Shown: positions 4,419-8,109 of the stretch, in pieces
Numbering within the stretch: the stretch's first letter is position 1
Layout: each line of letters starts with the position of its first letter
Source: Candidatus Syntropharchaeum caldarium
GTDB lineage: Archaea > Halobacteriota > Syntropharchaeia > Syntropharchaeales > Syntropharchaeaceae
NCBI GenBank assembly: GCA_001766815.1
Contig: LYOS01000003.1
Location: forward strand, 46,945 to 55,053
Reading direction: 5' to 3'
DNA: 8,109 nucleotides
The notes under the pieces: model-generated
Database searches by the model: none
What the model saw: the letters and a program-made list of their open reading frames with translations, nothing else
Told to the model about the DNA's origin: nothing
Program-made: the position numbers and the translations under genes

Positions 4419-5576
4419 CTATATCAACCTCTCCCACCTTATAGTTTTCCCACTCTTTCTGTTGTACTCCTCCACCCGTCTTGAAACAAGATCACTCATC
4501 CCACCTGAGGCAAACACAAGGACATTTCCTCCCCTAATCGCCTCAGATATCGCAGAATCTATCACATCGCTCTCAAAGTCAGACTCAATCCCGAGCATTT
4601 TCGCACATGCCTTTGCAGTTGTACCCATCGCACCTGTCTTATCAGGATCAAGATCCAGAACCTTCTTGAGTTCATCAAGATTTACAGCATCAGCCCCGCC
4701 CTCTTTCATCCCGGGGATTCTTACAACCCATATCTTCCCACTCTCTCTCTTCTCTGATCCGTTCAGATTTTCAACAAGGTCGATAATTGATAGCGGAATT
4801 CTATCCACTTTTTCGTATATTCCATGTGCCTCAAACTCTTTGTGTACCTTTACAACCACCGGAAACCTGAGATCAGTCGCTCTGACAACATCTTCATTGG
4901 AAAATATCTCAGAAGGATGTCCACGGGCATACACCATCCCCCTCTGAAGCAGATAAATCTCATCAGCCCACGCTGACGCGAAATCCACATCATGGGTCGA
5001 GACCACAATAGTTTTACCTTCTGCATTCAACTCATCAAGCAACTCAATCAGTTCTGTCTGACCCCGGGGGTCAAGCCCTGAGAGAGGTTCGTCAAATACG
5101 AGGATCTCAGGATCCATCGCGAGAATTCCTGCAATCGCAACACGTTTCTTCTGCCCGGTACTCAGATGGTGAGGGGGAACTCTCTCAAACCCGGTCATTC
5201 CTACGATCTCCAGGGACTCTCCGACCCTTTTTTCTACCTCCTCCCCGGGAAGCCTGAGGTTTGACGGGCCGAAGGAGACATCATCTTTCACGGTGGGTGC
5301 AAATAGCTGATCATCAGGGTTCTGAAATACGAGTCCAACGGTTGATCTGATCCAGTCGAGGTTCTTCTTTGTGATCTCCCTCCCTTTCACGATGACCCTA
5401 CCAGTCTGTGGTAGAAAGATGCCGTTGAGGTGATAGAAGAGTGTTGATTTGCCTGATCCGTTTGGTCCAAGGATTGCAGTCTTCTTGCCATCTTCCACAC
5501 TCAGGTTCACCTCTTTAAGAGCCTGTGTCCCATCAGGATACGAGTATGAAAGATTGCAAACCTCAATCGCGTGCAC
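4419..5576 (-). CDS. cbiO: ECF/CbiO-type ABC ATPase of the Co/Ni importer, with a non-canonical C-terminal extension of about 110 aa (385 aa)
   Basis: This is an ORF-track entry. The start is GTG 5576, 1 nt after the cbiQ stop, preceded by GGAGGGAT. Motifs present are Walker A GPNGSGKST, Q-loop FQNPDDQ, signature LSTGQKKRVAIAG, Walker B ILVFDEPLSGLD and H-switch STHDVD. The canonical CbiO/EcfA body ends at about residue 270, and residues from about 275 to 385 are extra. Confidence 0.93.
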   Translation of the reverse strand: MHAIEVCNLSYSYPDGTQALKEVNLSVEDGKKTAILGPNGSGKSTLFYHLNGIFLPQTGRVIVKGREITKKNLDWIRSTVGLVFQNPDDQLFAPTVKDDVSFGPSNLRLPGEEVEKRVGESLEIVGMTGFERVPPHHLSTGQKKRVAIAGILAMDPEILVFDEPLSGLDPRGQTELIELLDELNAEGKTIVVSTHDVDFASAWADEIYLLQRGMVYARGHPSEIFSNEDVVRATDLRFPVVVKVHKEFEAHGIYEKVDRIPLSIIDLVENLNGSEKRESGKIWVVRIPGMKEGGADAVNLDELKKVLDLDPDKTGAMGTTAKACAKMLGIESDFESDVIDSAISEAIRGGNVLVFASGGMSDLVSRRVEEYNRKSGKTIRWERLI

Positions 5577-5577
5577 G

Positions 5578-6381
5578 CTATATCCCTCCCATCATCCGAT
5601 CAAGAATAACCAGAAGAAACGATGAGAGGATGATGAACGATCCCAAGAGAGTTTCTTTCAGGGAGATTGGGCGAAATCCACTGACAATTCTTGAGTCTGC
5701 CCGATACCCCCTTGAGAGCATCGCAAGATAGACGCGTTCACCCCTTGAGAATGCTCGAAGCAGAAGTGCGCCACCGAGCATCCCGAGGTTATGCATCTTG
5801 GTAACGTATGAGAGTCGGTTTGAGAACCCGGATCTTGTCTGCTGTGCCCGGTACATTCTCACGCCCTCCCTTGAGAGCAGATGGACGTACCGTATCATCA
5901 TTCCGGTAAGATCCACGAAGATGGCGGGCACTCTGAACCATCTGAGTGCTGCAAGTGCATCCTGGATTCTCGTTGTTGCGATCAGTAAGTTGAGGACGGA
6001 TACCGATGCAATTATCCTTGCAAAGATCAGGATAGCGAGGTCAAGCCCGTTTTTGTATATTTGAACCCCCATAAATTCTGCCACAACCTCCTCACCTCCG
6101 TACGTGAGGAGGACAACGATAAAGACGACAATTGCTATTGTAAGCGGTGCTATAAGCCTTTTAAGCGTTGTATTCAGTGGTATTCCGATTGCAACAGAGA
6201 CTATAAGTGTTAGAAAAAAAATTAAGAGTGGGGTCCCGGGGTGAACCATCGAGACGACTGCAAATATAAGTCCAACGGCTCCAAGAAGCTTTATCCTTGG
6301 ATCCAGTCGGTGTAGCGCGGTCTCATCTACAACCAGCCTCTCAAAGTCGAGGTCCTCTATCAGTTCCGAAAAATCCCTCAT
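5578..6381 (-). CDS. cbiQ: ECF transporter transmembrane (T) component CbiQ (267 aa)
   Basis: This is an ORF-track entry. It has the N-terminal LHRLDPRIKLL motif typical of CbiQ/EcfT, several TM helices, and C-terminal coupling-helix Arg-Gly motifs (LRAFSRGERVYLAMLSRGY). It lies between cbiN and cbiO. Confidence 0.9.
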   Translation of the reverse strand: MRDFSELIEDLDFERLVVDETALHRLDPRIKLLGAVGLIFAVVSMVHPGTPLLIFFLTLIVSVAIGIPLNTTLKRLIAPLTIAIVVFIVVLLTYGGEEVVAEFMGVQIYKNGLDLAILIFARIIASVSVLNLLIATTRIQDALAALRWFRVPAIFVDLTGMMIRYVHLLSREGVRMYRAQQTRSGFSNRLSYVTKMHNLGMLGGALLLRAFSRGERVYLAMLSRGYRADSRIVSGFRPISLKETLLGSFIILSSFLLVILDRMMGGI

Positions 6382-6485
6382 CTCTTCCTTAGCTTCCTTA
6401 TCTCATACCCTATTATCGCAAAAAGGAAGAAGCCAACCGTTGTTCCGATTCCACTCAGGGGATCGCCTGAGAGCCATTCAAGCAC
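6378..6485 (-). CDS. Candidate small single-TM protein missing from the ORF track (35 aa from GTG 6485; up to 39 aa from GTG 6497). It resembles a stand-alone CbiN C-terminal helix.
   Basis: Manual translation gives VLEWLSGDPLSGIGTTVGFFLFAIIGYEIRKLRKR*. Its TGA (6380..6378) overlaps the cbiQ ATG (6381..6379) as ATGA. Candidate GTG starts at 6497, 6494 and 6485 lie just after AGGAGG (6503..6498), inside the end of cbiN. One hydrophobic helix is followed by a basic tail, consistent with the positive-inside rule. The ORF fills the otherwise unexplained 96-nt cbiN-cbiQ gap. It was probably too short for the ORF track. Confidence 0.45.
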   Translation of the reverse strand: MLEWLSGDPLSGIGTTVGFFLFAIIGYEIRKLRKR

Positions 6486-6771
6486 GCTGACCACCACCCT
6501 CCTTTATATCGATCCAGAAGTAACCGAAGATAAACCCTGCGATGATCCCTGCAAGTGTGAACCCGACGTACTCGCCCATATCGCCAAACGCTCCCACATT
6601 TGGAACAATATCTACGGCTTCAAGCCCTCCTGTGCTTGCTGCATGCTCCTCAACAATGCCATCGGTCCCCTCCATCCCGGCACCTGACGCGTATCCCGCA
6701 TAGGCGGCAACACACATCACAGCGGTGCAGACCACAAGAAGTATCAGGGAATTTCTGACAAAATTATCCAT
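6478..6771 (-). CDS. cbiN: Small two-TM component CbiN of the Co/Ni ECF importer (97 aa)
   Basis: This is an ORF-track entry. It has an N-terminal TM helix, an extracytoplasmic loop (GTDGIVEEH...) and a C-terminal TM helix GDMGEYVGFTLAGIIAGFIFGY. That helix fits the G-D/E ... G-Y layout of CbiN (Salmonella SGEIESLLFTLQGSLGAAVIFYILGY). Its ATG overlaps the end of cbiM by 8 nt (ATGGATAA), in the canonical position between cbiM and cbiQ. Confidence 0.8.
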   Translation of the reverse strand: MDNFVRNSLILLVVCTAVMCVAAYAGYASGAGMEGTDGIVEEHAASTGGLEAVDIVPNVGAFGDMGEYVGFTLAGIIAGFIFGYFWIDIKEGGGQRA

Positions 6772-7423
6772 CTATAGCACCTCCAAGCTTTGCAATAATA
6801 TCAGGTCTTGTATCTGCGATGTACTTCACGATCGCTGCGGTGAATATGAACTCAGCGACTGCAAGCGGCAGCTGTGTCGGGACAAATCCAAGCGAGTATA
6901 GCCCCCAGTGATAGAGAACCGAACCTGGATTTATCGAGAGTGCAAGCTCCATCGCGGTTGTGAGATAGCAAAGGATATCCCCTACAAACCCTGCCATACC
7001 TGCTGCAATCCAGACCGAGAGATTGGCTCTTCTCAGAAGAACGTATGTTCCATAACCTGTGAACGTTCCCACAATCCCCATCGATACCGTGTTCGCTCCA
7101 AGGGTCGTGATCCCCCCGTGTGCAAGAAACGCATGGAAGATGAGCGCAATCGCACTCAGAACAACGGTTGCAAACGGGCCAACGACAATCGCTGACATCG
7201 GTGTCCCGATTGGATGAGAGCACGAACCTGTAACGGGAACCGGGATATGCCAGACCGCAATCACAAAGATCGCAGCGCCCATAAGCGCAAGAAGCGGCAT
7301 GTATGACGGGGTTTCCTCTGTTCTTCGTTTAATCTCGCGGATGCCAAGGGCTATAAAGACGAGGGCAACCGCGTACCACACGATACACCACTGGGTACTC
7401 AGTATTCCATCTGAGATGTGCAT
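6764..7423 (-). CDS. cbiM: Substrate-capture (S) component CbiM/NikM of the Co/Ni ECF importer (219 aa)
   Basis: This is an ORF-track entry. The N-terminus MHISDGIL matches the CbiM/NikM MH-x-x-(D/E)-G motif, in which the N-terminal amine and His2 bind the metal. It also has the conserved GSCSHPIGTP His-containing loop and a polytopic topology. It is the first gene of the cbiMNQO order. Confidence 0.93.
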   Translation of the reverse strand: MHISDGILSTQWCIVWYAVALVFIALGIREIKRRTEETPSYMPLLALMGAAIFVIAVWHIPVPVTGSCSHPIGTPMSAIVVGPFATVVLSAIALIFHAFLAHGGITTLGANTVSMGIVGTFTGYGTYVLLRRANLSVWIAAGMAGFVGDILCYLTTAMELALSINPGSVLYHWGLYSLGFVPTQLPLAVAEFIFTAAIVKYIADTRPDIIAKLGGAIDG

Positions 7424-7560
7424 CCTATCAACTCCAATTTACTTGATATAAACTCAACGATTTGTCTTTAAGTCATTTGATATATATAAGTTTTGGTTTA
7501 GTAGCATGGATCATACGAACGGCAAAAGGGTTATGAATATCAACATAGACCTATCTTGAG
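7424..7560. promoter_or_regulatory. Divergent AT-rich promoter region shared by the cbiM operon (minus strand) and cbiD (plus strand)
   Basis: A palindromic TATATATA core (7481..7488) reads CTTATATATA toward cbiM and ATATATATAA toward cbiD. A second TATA-like TTTATATC on the minus strand (7452..7445) lies 21 nt from the cbiM ATG, which would allow a near-leaderless transcript. TTGATATA is repeated directly at 7443..7450 and 7477..7484. No transcription start can be determined from sequence alone. Confidence 0.4.
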
Positions 7561-8109
7561 ATGTTTGATCCAATCAATGGCCGAGAAATCCCTGAAGAAT
7601 GGATTAAAAGGTCTTCAATCCCCAGAAATGAGCTTAAAGAAGGTATTGAAAGTGGAAGGTTAATCCTTCTCCCGGATGGGAAAGTTTTAAGGCGGGGTTT
7701 TTCCACAGGAACGACAGCATCTGCTGCTTCAAAAGCCGCGGTCTTATCAATAAGCAAAAGAGTTGATAGAGTATCTGTGATGACCCCTATAGGAATCAGG
7801 GTTGAGCTGCTGGTCGAATCGGCAAATGGAGTTGGAAGAGCGGTTAAATACGCCGGAGATCACGAGTTTGACGTGACAGATGGGATTGAGATCATGGCAA
7901 CTGCGAGGCTCTCTGATGAGGGTATTGCCATAAAGGCCGGAAGGGGCATCGGCAGGTTTGAGGATGGAAGGCCTGCGATAAACCCTATACCGATGGAGTT
8001 TATCAGAAGAGCTGTACGTGAAGCGCTTGATGCAATCGGTGAGCAGGGTGTTGAAGTTGAGATTGAGGTTGTGAATGGTGAGGAGGTTGCAAAAGAGACA
8101 CTTAACCCT
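7561..8109 (+). CDS. cbiD: Cobalt-precorrin-5B (C1)-methyltransferase CbiD, N-terminal 183 codons (continues past the window end)
   Basis: It is absent from the ORF track because it runs off the window. The frame from ATG 7561 is open to 8109. CbiD hallmarks are LRRGFSTGTTASAASKAAVL (the G-x-T-T-G ... A-A-K-A-A motif), YAGDHEFDVTDGIEI, GRGIGRFEDGRPAINPIPMEFI and the terminal KETLNP (start of the NPRLGI block). Confidence 0.9.
   Translation, partial: MFDPINGREIPEEWIKRSSIPRNELKEGIESGRLILLPDGKVLRRGFSTGTTASAASKAAVLSISKRVDRVSVMTPIGIRVELLVESANGVGRAVKYAGDHEFDVTDGIEIMATARLSDEGIAIKAGRGIGRFEDGRPAINPIPMEFIRRAVREALDAIGEQGVEVEIEVVNGEEVAKETLNP

Noticed and set aside
3660-4437. ORFs 3660..3986(+) and 4213..4437(-)
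   Set aside because: The first is antisense to the NicO-like gene. The second is an alternative frame spanning the cbiO/NicO-like junction. The NicO-like frame explains the region with TM helices and metal motifs.
4462-4947. 161-aa plus-strand ORF antisense to the 3' part of cbiO
   Set aside because: It is long but very rich in Ser, Thr and Pro, as expected for the antisense frame of a codon-biased gene. It has no SD or promoter context. The sense strand continues uninterrupted from the cbiO ABC domain.
6378-6771. Interpretation of cbiN plus the downstream small ORF as one frameshifted three-TM gene
   Set aside because: The 97-aa cbiN ORF already has the complete two-TM CbiN architecture and typical length. 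The small ORF has its own SD-like AGGAGG and candidate GTG starts. A sequencing indel cannot be excluded, so it is listed as a check under the small-ORF finding.
7511-7536. Inverted repeat TCATA-N16-TATGA, reminiscent of the GTATGA-N16-TCATAC NikR operator
   Set aside because: Only 5 bp per arm match, and the half-sites point the opposite way from the E. coli NikR operator. A match of this size is expected by chance, and no nikR gene is in view.
7506-7559. 17-codon upstream ORF (MDHTNGKRVMNINIDLS) ending 1 nt before the cbiD ATG
   Set aside because: It has no SD, probably lies at or upstream of the likely transcription start, and has no distinctive composition. It is compatible with chance in AT-rich sequence. 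It would be worth revisiting only if transcription-start mapping puts it inside the leader.
5525-7757. ORFs 5525..5731(+), 5798..6064(+), 6852..7223(-), 6908..7195(+) and 7551..7757(-)
   Set aside because: They are antisense or alternative-frame overlaps of cbiQ, cbiM and cbiD, each of which has strong family motifs in its own frame.
1-8109. Mobile elements, CRISPR arrays, tRNA or rRNA genes, and long repeats
   Set aside because: I saw no terminal inverted repeats, transposase or integrase-like ORFs, regularly spaced repeats or tRNA-like cloverleaf candidates. Coding density on one strand is almost complete.

Overview
This looks like an archaeal locus for metal and tetrapyrrole handling, probably from a methanogen or Methanosarcinales-like organism. 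The cues are AT-rich TATA-type intergenic regions, GGAGGTGAT-like ribosome-binding sites, a CbiD with a long N-terminus, and a DUF2162-type protein. Minus-strand genes fill 1..7423 in two units. Unit 1 (7423..3678) is a tightly coupled ECF-type Co/Ni importer operon: cbiM, cbiN, a small TM ORF absent from the supplied ORF track (35-39 aa), cbiQ, and cbiO with an extra C-terminal domain of about 110 aa. It ends in a His-rich RcnA/NicO-like Ni/Co permease whose ATG directly abuts the cbiO stop. Unit 2 (3599..1) follows a 78-nt AT-rich gap. It encodes a DUF2162-like polytopic protein with a CPVC motif, a MotA/TolQ/ExbB-like proton channel, and an ExbD/TolR-like (DUF2149-type) protein. A 16-bp hairpin spacer then precedes a CobN-family chelatase homologue with a Sec-type signal peptide and a region dense in N-glycosylation sequons. 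cbiD (partial) diverges on the plus strand from a 137-nt AT-rich region. The CobN-like gene and cbiD run off the window edges and are missing from the ORF track, so I recovered them by manual translation. The main hunt result is unit 2. It pairs an ExbB/ExbD-like ion-driven motor with an exported CobN-like protein in an organism that should lack an outer membrane and TonB. I propose it is a pmf-powered extracytoplasmic chelatase or dechelatase, or a metal/corrinoid salvage system. All family assignments come from motif recognition by eye, since no searches could be run. I saw no rRNA, tRNA, CRISPR array or mobile element.
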